Below, in pieces: positions 12,070 through 25,300 of a DNA stretch of 64,000 nucleotides. Location: NCBI RefSeq assembly GCF_009914755.1, contig NC_060933.1; one strand, given 5' to 3'. The position numbers and the translations under genes are program-made. The DNA is from the human T2T-CHM13v2.0 reference genome, Homo sapiens. The notes beneath the pieces were generated by a model. That model ran no database searches. It had not been told where the DNA came from and was given only the letters and a program-made list of their open reading frames with translations. Numbering within the stretch: position 1 is the stretch's first letter; each line of letters begins with the position of its first letter.

Positions 12070-15000
12070 CATTCCATTCAAGTTGAATCCATTCCATTGC
12101 ATTCCATTCCATTCAATTCCATTCGATTGCACTCGGGTTGATTCCATTCCATTGCATTCCATTCCATTCCATTCCATTCCATTCCATTCCATTCCATTCC
12201 GTTCCATTCCATTCCTTTACATTCGGATTGATTCTATTCAATTCCCTTACACTCCGTTACATTCCATTCCATTCGGGTAGTTTCCATTCCATTCCATTCC
12301 ATTCCTCTCCATTCCATTGCACTCGGGTTGATTCCATTCCATTGCATTCCATTCCATTCCATTCAATTCCATTCCGTTCCATTCCATTCCATTACATTCG
12401 GATTGATTCTATTCAACTCCCTTACTCTCCATTACATTCCATTCCATTCGGGTTGTTCCATTCCATTCCATTCCATTCCACTCCATTCCATTGCACTCGG
12501 GTTGATTCCATTCCATTCCATTCCATTCCATTCCATTCCATTCCATTCCGGAAGATTCCATTCCATTGCATTCCATTCCATTCCATTCCCATGCACTCGC
12601 GTTGATTCCATTCCATTCCATTCCATTCCATTCCATTCCATTCCATTCCATTCCTTTCCGTTCCATTCCATTCCATTCCATTCCATTCCAATCCATTCCA
12701 TTCCGTTCTGTTCCGTTCCATTCCATTCCATTCCATTCTATTCAGGTTAATTCCATTCCATTCCATTCGATTGCAATCGAGTTGATTCCATTCCATTCCA
12801 TTCCATTCCATTCCTTTCCATTCCATTACGGATGATTCCATTCCATTGCATTCCATTCCATTCCATTCCCCTGTACTCGGGTTGATTCCATTCCATTACA
12901 TTCCAATCCATGCCATTCCACTCGTGTTGATTCCATTCTTTCCATTCCATTCAAGTTGAATCCATTCCATTGCATTCCATTCCATTCCATTCCCCTGCAG
13001 TCGGGTTGTTTCCATTCCATTCCATTCCATTCCATTCCGTTCCATTCCGTTCCATTCCATTCCATTCCATTCTATTCGGATTAATTCCATTCCATTCCAT
13101 TCCATTCCATTCCATTCCAATCGAGTTGATTCCATTCCATTCCATTCCATTCCATTCCATTCCACTCCATTCCAGTCCTTTCCATTCCATTCCACTCGGG
13201 TTGATTCCAATGTATTCCTTTCCATTCCATTCCATTCCATTGCAATCGAGTTGATTCCATTGCTTTGCATTCCATTCCATTCCATTCCATTCCGGATGAT
13301 TCCATTCCATTGCATTCCATTCCATTCCGTTCCCCTGCACTCGGGTTGATTCCATTCGATTCCACTCCATTCCGTTCCATTCCATTCCATTGCATTGTAT
13401 TCGGGTTAATTCCATTCCATTCCATTCCATTCCATTCCATTCCATTACAATCGAGTTGATTCCATTCCATTCCATTCCATTCCAGTCCTTTCCATTCCAT
13501 TCCTCTCGGGTTGATTCCATTCTATTAGTTTCCATTCCATTCCATTCCCTTCCATTCCACTCAGGTTTTTTCCATTCCTTTCCATTCCACTCGAATACAT
13601 TCCCTCCTATTCCACTCAGAACGATTCCATTCCATTCCATTCCATTCCATTCCATTCCATTCCATTTTGTTCCATTCCATTCTATTCCGTATCATTCCAT
13701 TCCATTCCATTCCATTCCATTCCATTCCATTCCATTCCATTGTACTCGGGTTGATTCAATTCCATTGCATTCCATTCCATTCCATTCCATTCCATTCCAT
13801 TCCATTCCATTCCGTTCCGTTCCGTTCCATTCCATTCCATTCCATTCCATTCCATTCCATTCCATTCCGTTCCGTTGCATTCCATTCCATTCCATTCCAT
13901 TCTATTCGGGTTAATTCCATTCCATTCCATTCGATTGCAGTCGAGTTGATTCCATTCCATTCCATTCCATTCCATTCCATTCCTTTCCATTCCATTACGG
14001 ATGATTCCATTCCATTGCATTCCATTCCATTCCATTCCCCTGTACTCGGGTTGATTCCATTCCATTCCATTCCAATCCATGCCATTCCACTCGTGTTGAT
14101 TCCATTCTTTCCTTTCCATTCAAGTTGAATCCATTCCATTGCATTCCATTCCATTCGATTCCATTCTATTGCACTCGGGTTGATTCCATGGCATTGCATT
14201 CCATTCCATTGCATTCCATTCCATTCCATTCCATTCCGTTGCATTCCATTCCATTACATTCAGATTGATTCTATTCAACTCCCTTACTCTCCATTACATT
14301 CCATTCCCTTCGGGTTGTTCCATTCCATTCCATTCCATTCCACTCCATTCCATTGCACTCGGGTTGATTCCATTCCATTCCATTCCATTCCATTCCATTC
14401 CATTCCATTCCGGATGATTCCATTCCATTGCATTCCGTTCCATTACATTCCCCTGCACTCGCGTTGATTCCATTCCATTCCATTCCCTTCCATTCAATTC
14501 CATTCCATTACAATTCGTTCCATTCCATTCTATTCAGTACCATTCCATTCCATTCCATACCATTCCATTCCATTCCATTCCATTCCATTCCGTTCCATTG
14601 CGTTCCATTCCATTCCATTCCATTCTATTCGGGTTAATTCCATTCCATTCCATTCCATTCCATTCCATTCCATTCTATTCCATTCCATTGCAATCGAGTT
14701 GAATCCATTGCAGTTCATTCCATTCCATTCCATTCCATTCCATTCCGGAAGATTCCATTCCATTGCATTCCACTCCATTCCATTCCCCTGCACTCGCGTT
14801 GATTCCATTCCATTCCATTCCATTCCATTCCATCCATTCCGTTCTGTTCCGTTCCATTCCATTCCATTCCATTCCATTCCATGCCGTTCCGTTCCATTCC
14901 ATTCCATTCCATTCCATTCTATTCTGGTTAATTCCATTCCATTCCATTCGATTGCAATCGAGTTGTGTTCCATTCCATTCCATTCCATTCCATTCCATTG

Positions 15001-18000
15001 CTTTCCATTCCATTACGGATGATTCCATTCCATTGCATTCCATTCCATTCCATTCCCCTGTACTCAGGTTGATTCCATTCCATTCCATTCCAATCCATGC
15101 CATTCCACTCGTGTTGATTCCATTCTTTCCATTCCATTCAAGTTGAATCCATTCCATTGCATTCCATTCCATTCAATTCCATTCGATTGCACTCGGGTTG
15201 ATTCCATTCCATTGCATTCCATTCCATTCCATTCCATTCCATTCCATTCCATTCCATTCCGTTCCATTCCATTCCTTTACATTCGGATTGATTCTATTCA
15301 ATTCCCTTACACTCCGTTACATTCCATTCCATTCGGGTAGTTTCCATTCCATTCCATTCCATTCCTCTCCATTCCATTGCACTCGGGTTGATTCCATTCC
15401 ATTGCATTCCATTCCATTCCATTCAATTCCATTCCGTTCCATTCCATTCCATTACATTCGGATTGATTCTATTCAACTCCCTTACTCTCCATTACATTCC
15501 ATTCCATTCGGGTTGTTCCATTCCATTCCATTCCATTCCACTCCATTCCATTGCACTCGGGTTGATTCCATTCCATTCCATTCCATTCCATTCCATTCCA
15601 TTCCATTCCGGAAGATTCCATTCCATTGCATTCCATTCCATTCCATTCCCATGCACTCGCGTTGATTCCATTCCATTCCATTCCATTCCATTCCATTCCA
15701 TTCCATTCCTTTCCGTTCCATTCCATTCCATTCCATTCCATTCCAATCCATTCCATTCCGTTCTGTTCCGTTCCATTCCATTCCATTCCATTCTATTCAG
15801 GTTAATTCCATTCCATTCCATTCGATTGCAATCGAGTTGATTCCATTCCATTCCATTCCATTCCATTCCTTTCCATTCCATTACGGATGATTCCATTCCA
15901 TTGCATTCCATTCCATTCCATTCCCCTGTACTCGGGTTGATTCCATTCCATTACATTCCAATCCATGCCATTCCACTCGTGTTGATTCCATTCTTTCCAT
16001 TCCATTCAAGTTGAATCCATTCCATTGCATTCCATTCCATTCCATTCCCCTGCAGTCGGGTTGTTTCCATTCCATTCCATTCCATTCCATTCCGTTCCGT
16101 TCCGTTCCATTCCATTCCATTCCATTCTATTCGGATTAATTCCATTCCATTCCATTCCATTCCATTCCATTCCAATCGAGTTGATTCCATTCCATTCCAT
16201 TCCATTCCATTCCATTCCACTCCATTCCAGTCCTTTCCATTCCATTCCACTCGGGTTGATTCCAATGTATTCCTTTCCATTCCATTCCATTCCATTGCAA
16301 TCGAGTTGATTCCATTGCTTTGCATTCCATTCCATTCCATTCCATTCCGGATGATTCCATTCCATTGCATTCCATTCCATTCCGTTCCCCTGCACTCGGG
16401 TTGATTCCATTCGATTCCACTCCATTCCGTTCCATTCCATTCCATTGCATTGTATTCGGGTTAATTCCATTCCATTCCATTCCATTCCATTACAATCGAG
16501 TTGATTCCATTCCATTCCATTCCATTCCAGTCCTTTCCATTCCATTCCTCTCGGGTTGATTCCATTCTATTAGTTTCCATTCCATTCCATTCCCTTCCAT
16601 TCCACTCAGGTTTTTTCCATTCCTTTCCATTCCACTCGAATACATTCCCTCCTATTCCACTCAGAACGATTCCATTCCATTCCATTCCATTCCATTCCAT
16701 TCCATTCCATTTTGTTCCATTCCATTCTATTCCGTATCATTCCATTCCATTCCATTCCATTCCATTCCATTCCATTCCATTGTACTCGGGTTGATTCAAT
16801 TCCATTGCATTCCATTCCATTCCATTCCATTCCATTCCATTCCATTCCGTTCCGTTCCGTTCCATTCCATTCCATTCCATTCCATTCCATTCCATTCCAT
16901 TCCATTCCGTTCCGTTGCATTCCATTCCATTCCATTCCATTCTATTCGGGTTAATTCCATTCCATTCCATTCGATTGCAGTCGAGTTGATTCCATTCCAT
17001 TCCATTCCATTCCATTCCATTCCTTTCCATTCCATTACGGATGATTCCATTCCATTGCATTCCATTCCATTCCATTCCCCTGTACTCGGGTTGATTCCAT
17101 TCCATTCCATTCCAATCCATGCCATTCCACTCGTGTTGATTCCATTCTTTCCATTCCATTCAAGTTGAATCCATTCCATTGCATTCCATTCCATTCGATT
17201 CCATTCTATTGCACTCGGGTTGATTCCATGGCATTGCATTCCATTCCATTGCATTCCATTCCATTCCATTCCATTCCGTTGCATTCCATTCCATTACATT
17301 CGGATTGATTCTATTCAACTCCCTTACTCTCCATTACATTCCATTCCCTTCGGGTTGTTCCATTCCATTCCATTCCATTCCACTCCATTCCATTGCACTC
17401 GGGTTGATTCCATTCCATTCCATTCCATTCCATTCCATTCCATTCCGGATGATTCCATTCCATTGCATTCCGTTCCATTACATTCCCCTGCACTCGCGTT
17501 GATTCCATTCCATTCCATTCCATTCCATTCAATTCCATTCCATTACAATTCGTTCCATTCCATTCTATTCAGTACCATTTAATTCCATTCCATACCATTC
17601 CATTCCATTCCATTCCATTCCATTCCGTTCCATTCCGTTCCATTCCATTCCATTCCATTCTATTCGGGTTAATTCCATTCCATTCCATTCCATTCCATTC
17701 TATTCCATTCCACTGCAATCGAGTTGAATCCATTGCAGTTCATTCCATTCCATTCCATTCCATTCCATTCCGGAAGATTCCATTCCATTGCATTCCACTC
17801 CATTCCATTCCCCTGCACTCGCGTTGATTCCATTCCATTCCATTCCATTCCATTCCATCCATTCCGTTCTGTTCCGTTCCATTCCATTCCATTCCATTCC
17901 ATTCCATGCCGTTCCGTTCCATTCCATTCCATTCCATTCCATTCTATTCTGGTTAATTCCATTCCATTCCATTCGATTGCAATCGAGTTGAGTTCCATTC

Positions 18001-19910
18001 CATTCCATTCCATTCCATTCCATTGCTTTCCATTCCATTACGGATGATTCCATTCCATTGCATTCCATTCCATTCCATTCCCCTGTACTCAGGTTGATTC
18101 CATTCCATTCCATTCCAATCCATGCCATTCCACTCGTGTTGATTCCATTCTTTCCATTCCATTCAAGTTGAATCCATTCCATTGCATTCCATTCCATTCA
18201 ATTCCATTCGATTGCACTCGGGTTGATTCCATTCCATTGCATTCCATTCCATTCCATTCCATTCCATTCCATTCCGTTCCATTCCATTCCTTTACATTCG
18301 GATTGATTCTATTCAATTCCCTTACACTCCGTTACATTACATTCCATTCGGGTAGTTTCCATTCCATTCCATTCCATTCCTCTCCATTCCATTGCACTCG
18401 GGTTGATTCCATTCCATTGCATTCCATTCCATTCCATTCAATTCCATTCCGTTCCATTCCATTCCATTACATTCGGATTGATTCTATTCAACTCCCTTAC
18501 TCTCCATTACATTCCATTCCATTCGGGTTGTTCCATTCCATTCCATTCCATTCCATTCCACTCCATTCCATTGCACTCGGGTTGATTCCATTCCATTCCA
18601 TTCCATTCCATTCCATTCCATTCCATTCCGGAAGATTCCATTCCATTGCATTCCATTCCATTCCATTCCCATGCACTCGCGTTGATTCCATTCCATTCCA
18701 TTCCATTCCATTCTATTCCATTCCATTCCTTTCCGTTCCATTCCATTCCATTCCATTCCATTCCAATCCATTCCATTCCGTTCTGTTCCGTTCCATTCCA
18801 TTCCATTCCATTCTATTCAGGTTAATTCCATTCCATTCCATTCGATTGCAATCGAGTTGATTCCATTCCATTCCATTCCATTCCATTCCATTCCATTCCA
18901 TTCCTTTCCATTCCATTACGGATGATTCCATTCCATTGCATTCCATTCCATTCCATTCCCCTGTACTCGGGTTGATTCCATTCCATTCCATTCCAATCCA
19001 TGCCATTCCACTCGTTTTGATTCCATTCTTTCCATTCCATTCAAGTTGAATCCATTCCATTGCATTCCATTCCATTCCATTCCCCTGCAGTCGGGTTGTT
19101 TCCATTCCATTCCATTCCATTCCATTCCATTCCGTTCCGTTCCGTTCCATTCCATTCCATTCCATTCTATTCGGATTAATTCCATTCCATTCCATTCCAT
19201 TCCATTCCATTCCAATCGAGTTGATTCCATTCCATTCCATTCCATTCCATTCCATTCCACTCCATTCCAGTCCTTTCCTTTCCATTCCACTCGGGTTGAT
19301 TCCAATGTATTCCTTTCCATTCCATTCCATTCCATTGCAATCGAGTTGATTCCATTGCTTTGCATTCCATTCCATTCCATTCCATTCCGGATGATTCCAT
19401 TCCATTGCATTCCATTCCATTCCGTTCCCCTGCACTCGGGTTGATTCCATTCGATTCCACTCCATTCCGTTCCATTCCATTCCATTGCATTGTATTCGGG
19501 TTAATTCCATTCCATTCCATTCCATTCCATTCCATTCCATTACAATCGAGTTGATTCCATTCCATTCCATTCCATTCCAGTCCTTTCCATTCCATTCCTC
19601 TCGGGTTGATTCCATTCTATTAGTTTCCATTCCATTCCATTCCCTTCCATTCCACTCAGGTTTTTTCCATTCCTTTCCATTCCACTCGAATACATTCCCT
19701 CCTATTCCACTCAGAACGATTCCATTCCATTCCATTCCATTCCATTCCATTCCATTCCATTCCATTTCGTTCCATTCCATTCTATTCCGTATCATTCCAT
19801 TCCATTCCATTCCATTCCATTCCATTCCATTCCATTCCATTCCATTCCATTGTACTCGGGTTGATTCAATTCCATTGCATTCCATTCCATTCCATTCCAT
19901 TCCATTCCGT
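12070..19910 (+). repeat. ~3.03-3.06-kb higher-order repeat, about 2.6 tandem copies
   Basis: Homologous ORFs start at 12083, 15143 and 18168 (offsets 3060, 3025). CCCATGCACTCGCG occurs at ~12588, ~15649 and ~18668. Confidence 0.88.
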
Positions 19911-22322
19911 TGCATTCCATTCCATTACATTCGGATTGATTCTATTCAACTCCCTTACTCTCCATTACATTCCATTCCATTCGGGTTGTTCCATTCCATT
20001 CCATTCCATTCCACTCCATTCCATTGCACTCGGGTTGATTCCATTCCATTCCATTCCATTCTATTCCATTCCTGATGATTCCATTCCATTGCATTCCGTT
20101 CCATTACATTCCCCTGCACTCGCGTTGATTCCATTCCATTCCATTCCATTCCATTCAATTCCATTCCATTACAATTCGTTCCATTCCATTCTATTCCGTA
20201 CCATTCCATTCCCTTCCATTCCGTTCCATTCCATTCCATTCCATGCTATTCGAATTAATTCCATTCCATTCCATTCCATTCCATTCCATTCTATGCGTGT
20301 TAATTCCATTCCATTCCATTCCATTCCAATCGAGTTGATTCCATTCCATTCCATTCCATTCCATTCCACTCCATTCCAGTCCTTTCCATTCCATTCCACT
20401 CGGGTTGATTCCAATTTATTCCTTTCCATTCCATTCCATTCCATTACAATCGAGTTGATTCCTTTGCTTTGCATTCCATTCCATTCCATTCCATTCCGGA
20501 TGATTCCATTCCATTGCATTCCATTCCATTCCATTCCCCTGCACTCGGGTTGATTCCATTCCATTCCACTCCATTCCGTTCCATTCCATTCCATTTCATT
20601 GTATTCGGGTTAATTCCATTCCATTCCATTCCATTCCATTCCATTACAATCGAGTTGATTCCATTCCATTCCATTCCATTCCAGTCCTTTCCATTCCATT
20701 CCACTCTGGTTGATTCCATTCTATTAGTTTCCATTCCATTCCATTCCCTTCCATTCCACTCTGGTTGATACCATTCCTTTCCATTCCACTCGAATACATT
20801 CCCTCCTATTCCACTCAGAACGATTCCATTCCATTCCATTCCATTCCATTCCATTTCGTTCCATTCCATTCTATTCCGTATCATTCCATTCGATTCCATT
20901 CCATTCCATTCCATTCCATTCCATTCCATTCCATTGTACTCGGGTTGATTCAATTCAATTGCATTCCATTCCATTCCTTTCCATTCCATTCCATTCCATT
21001 CCGTTACATTCCATTCCATTACATTCGGATTGATTCTATTCAACTCCCTTACTCTCCATTACATTCCATTGCACTCGGGTTGATTCCATTCCATTCCATT
21101 GCATTCCATTCCATTCCATTCCCCTGTACTCGGGTTGATTCCATTCCATTCCATTCCAATCCATGTCATTCCACTCGTGTTGATTCCATTCTTTCCATTC
21201 CATTCAAGTTGAATCCATTCCATTGCATTCCATTCCATTCCATTCCCCTGCAGTCGGGTTGTTTCCATTCCATTCCATTCCATTCCATTCCCTTCCATTC
21301 CATTCCGTTCCGTTCCATTCCATTCCATTCCATTCTATTCGGATTAATTCCATTCCATTCCATTCCATTCCATTCCATTCCAATCGAGTTGATTCCATTC
21401 CATTCCATTCCATTCCATTCCACTCCATTCCAGTCCTTTCCATTCCATTCCACTCGGGTTGATTCCAATGTATTCCTTTCCATTCCATTCCATTCCATTG
21501 CAATCGAGTTGATTCCATTGCTTTGCATTCCATTCCATTCCATTCCATTCCGGATGATTCCATTCCATTGCATTCCATTCCATTCCATTCCCCTGCACTC
21601 GGGTTGATTCCATTCGATTCCACTCCATTCCGTTCCATTCCATTCCATTGCATTGTATTCGGGTTAATTCCATTCCATTCCATTCCATTCCATTCCATTC
21701 CATTACAATCGAGTTGATTCCATTCCATTCCATTCCATTCCAGTCCTTTCCATTCCATTCCTCTCGGGTTGATTCCATTCTATTAGTTTCCATTCCATTC
21801 CATTCCCTTCCATTCCACTCAGGTTTTTTCCATTCCTTTCCATTCCACTCGAATACATTCCCTCCTATTCCACTGAGAACGATTCCATTCCATTCCATTC
21901 CATTCCATTCCATTCCATTCCATTCCATTTCTTTTCGTTCCATTCCATTCTATTCCGTATCATTCCATTCCATTCCATTCCATTCCATTCCATTCCATTC
22001 CATTCCATTCCATTCCATTGTACTCGGGTTGATTCAATTCCATTGCATTCCATTCCATTCCATTCCATTCCATTCCGTTGCATTCCATTCCATTACATTC
22101 GGATTGATTCTATTCAACTCCCTTACTCTCCATTCCATTCCATTCCATTCGGGTTGTTCCATTCCATTCCATTCCATTCCACTCCATTCCATGGCACTCG
22201 GGTTGATTCCATTCCATTCCATTCCATTCCATTCCATTCCGGATGAATCCATTCCATTGCATTCCGTTCCATTACATTCCCCTGCACTCGCGTTGATTCC
22301 ATTCCATTCCATTCCATTCCAT
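13863..22322 (+). repeat. Copy 2 of the 13,862-bp-offset duplication
   Basis: Same variants in the same order as 1-8460, with no change in offset. The only substitution I noticed is G5267 vs A19129. Confidence 0.93.
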
Positions 22323-25300
22323 TCAATTCCATTCCATTACAATTCGTTCCATTCCATTCTATTCCGTACCATTCCATTCCGTTCCATTCCGTTCCATTCC
22401 ATTCCATTCCATTCTATTCGAATTAATTCCATTCCATTCCATTCCATTCCATTCCATTCTATGCGGGTTAATTCCATTCCATTCCATTCCATTCCATTCC
22501 ATTCTATTCCATTCCATTGCAGTCGAGTTGAATCCATTGCATTTCATTCCATTCCATTCCATTCCATTCCATTCCATTCCATCCATTCCGTTCCGTTCCG
22601 TTCCGTTCCATTCCATTCCATTCCATTCCATTCCATTCCGTTCCGTTGCATTACATTCCATTCCTCTCCATTCCATTGCACTCGGGTTGATTCCATTCCA
22701 TTGCATTCCATTCCATTCCATTCAATTCCATTCCGTTCCATTCCATTCCATTACATTCGGATTGATTCTATTCAACTCCCTTACTCTCCATTACATTCCA
22801 TTCCATTCGGGTTGTTCCATTCCATTCCATTCCATTCCACTCCATTCCATTGCACTCGGGTTGATTCCATTCCATTCCATTCCATTCCATTCCATTCCAT
22901 TCCTTTCCAATCGAGTTGATTCCATTCCATTCCATTCCATTCCATTCCACTCCATTCCAGTCCTTTCCATTCCATTCCACTGGGGTTGATTCCAATTTAT
23001 TCCTTTCCATTCCATTCCATTCCATTGCAATCGAGTTGATTCCTTTGCTTTGCATTCCATTCCATTCCATTCCATTCCGGATGATTCCATTCCATTGCAT
23101 TCCATTCCATTCCATTCCCCTGCACTCGGGTTGATTCCATTCCATTCCACTCCATTCCGTTCCATTCCATTCCATTCCATTGTATTCGGGTTAATTCCAT
23201 TCCGTTCCATTCCATTCCATTCCATTACAATCGAGTTGATTCCATTCCATTCCATTCCATTCCAGTCCTTTCCATTCCATTCCACTCTGGTTGATTCCAT
23301 TCTATTAGTTTCCATTCCATTCCATTCCCTTCCATTCCACTCTGGTTGATACCATTCCTTTCCATTCCACTCGAATACATTCCCTCCTATTCCACTCAGA
23401 ACGATTCCATTCCATTCCATTCCATTCCATTCCATTCCATTCCATTCCATTTCGTTCCATTCCATTCTATTCCGTATCATTCCATTCCATTCCATTCCAT
23501 TCCATTCCATTCCATTCCATTCCAATCCATTCCTTTGTACTCGGGTTGATTCAATTCCATTGCATTCCATTCCATTCCATTCCATTCCATTCCGTTGCAT
23601 TCCATTCCATTACATTCGGATTGATTCTATTCAACTCCCTTACTCTCCATTCCATTCCATTCCATTCGTGTTGTTCCATTCCATTCCATTCCATTCCACT
23701 CCATTCCATTGCACTCGGGTTGATTCCATTCCATTCCATTCCATTCCATTCCATTCCATTCCATTCCATTCCGGAAGATTCCATTCCATTGCATTCCATT
23801 CCATTCCATTCCCCTGCACTCGCGTTGATTCCATTCCATTCCATTCCATTCCATTCCATTCCATTCCATTCCTTTCCGTTCCATTCCATTCCATTCCATT
23901 CCATTCCAATCCATTCCACTCCGTTCTGTTCCGTTCCATTCCATTCCATTCCATTCTATTCAGGTTAATTCCATTACATTCCATTCGATTGCAATCGAGT
24001 TGATTCCATTCCATTCCATTCCATTCCATTCCATTCCATTCCTTTCCATTCCATTACGGATGATTCCATTCCATTGCATTCCATTCCATTCCATTCCCCT
24101 GTACTCGGGTTGATTCCATTCCATTCCATTCCAATCCATGCCATTCCACTCGTGTTGATTCCATTCTTTCCATTCCATTCAAGTTGAATCCATTCCATTG
24201 CATTCCATTCCATTCCATTCCCCTGCAGTCGGGTTGTTTCCATTCCATTCCATTCCATTCCATTCCATTCCATTCCATTCCATTCCGTTCCGTTCCGTTC
24301 CATTCCATTCCATTCCATTCTATTCCGATTAATTCCATTCCATTCCATTCCATTCCATTCCATTCCATTCCAATCGAGTTGATTCCATTCCATTCCATTC
24401 CATTCCATTCCACTCCATTCCAGTCCTTTCCATTCCATTCCACTCGGGTTGATTCCAATGTATTCCTTTCCATTCCATTCCATTCCATTGCAATCGAGTT
24501 GATTCCATTGCTTTGCATTCCATTCCATTCCATTCCATTCCGGATGATTCCATTCCATTGCATTCCATTCCATTCCATTCCCCTGCACTCGGGTTGATTC
24601 CATTCGATTCCACTCCATTCCGTTCCATTCCATTCCATTGCATTGTATTCGGGTTAATTTCATTCCATTCCATTCCATTCCATTCCATTCCATTACAATC
24701 GAGTTGATTCCATTCCATTCCATTCTATTCCAGTCCTTTCCATTCCATTCCTCTCGGGTTGATTCCATTCTATTAGTTTCCATTCCATTCCATTCCCTTC
24801 CATTCCACTCAGGTTTTTTCCATTCCTTTCCATTCCACTCGAATACATTCCCTCCTATTCCACTCAGAACGATTCCATTCCATTCCATTCCATTCCATTC
24901 CATTCCATTCCACTTCGTTCCATTCCATTCTATTCCGTATCATTCCATTCCATTCCATTCCATTCCATTCCATTCCATTCCATTCCATTGTACTCGGGTT
25001 GACTCCATTCCATTGCATTCCATTCCATTCCATTCCATTCCATTCCATTCCATTCCGTTGCATTCCATTCCATTACATTCGGATTGATTCTATTCAACTC
25101 CCTTACTCTCCATTACATTCCATTCCATTCGGGTTGTTCCATTCCATTCCATTCCATTCCACTCCATTCCATTGCACTCGGGTTGATTCCATTCCATTCC
25201 ATTCCATTCCATTCCATTCCGGATGATTCCATTCCATTGCATTCCGATCCATTACATTCCCCTGCACTCGCGTTGATTCCATTCCATTCCATTCAATTCC

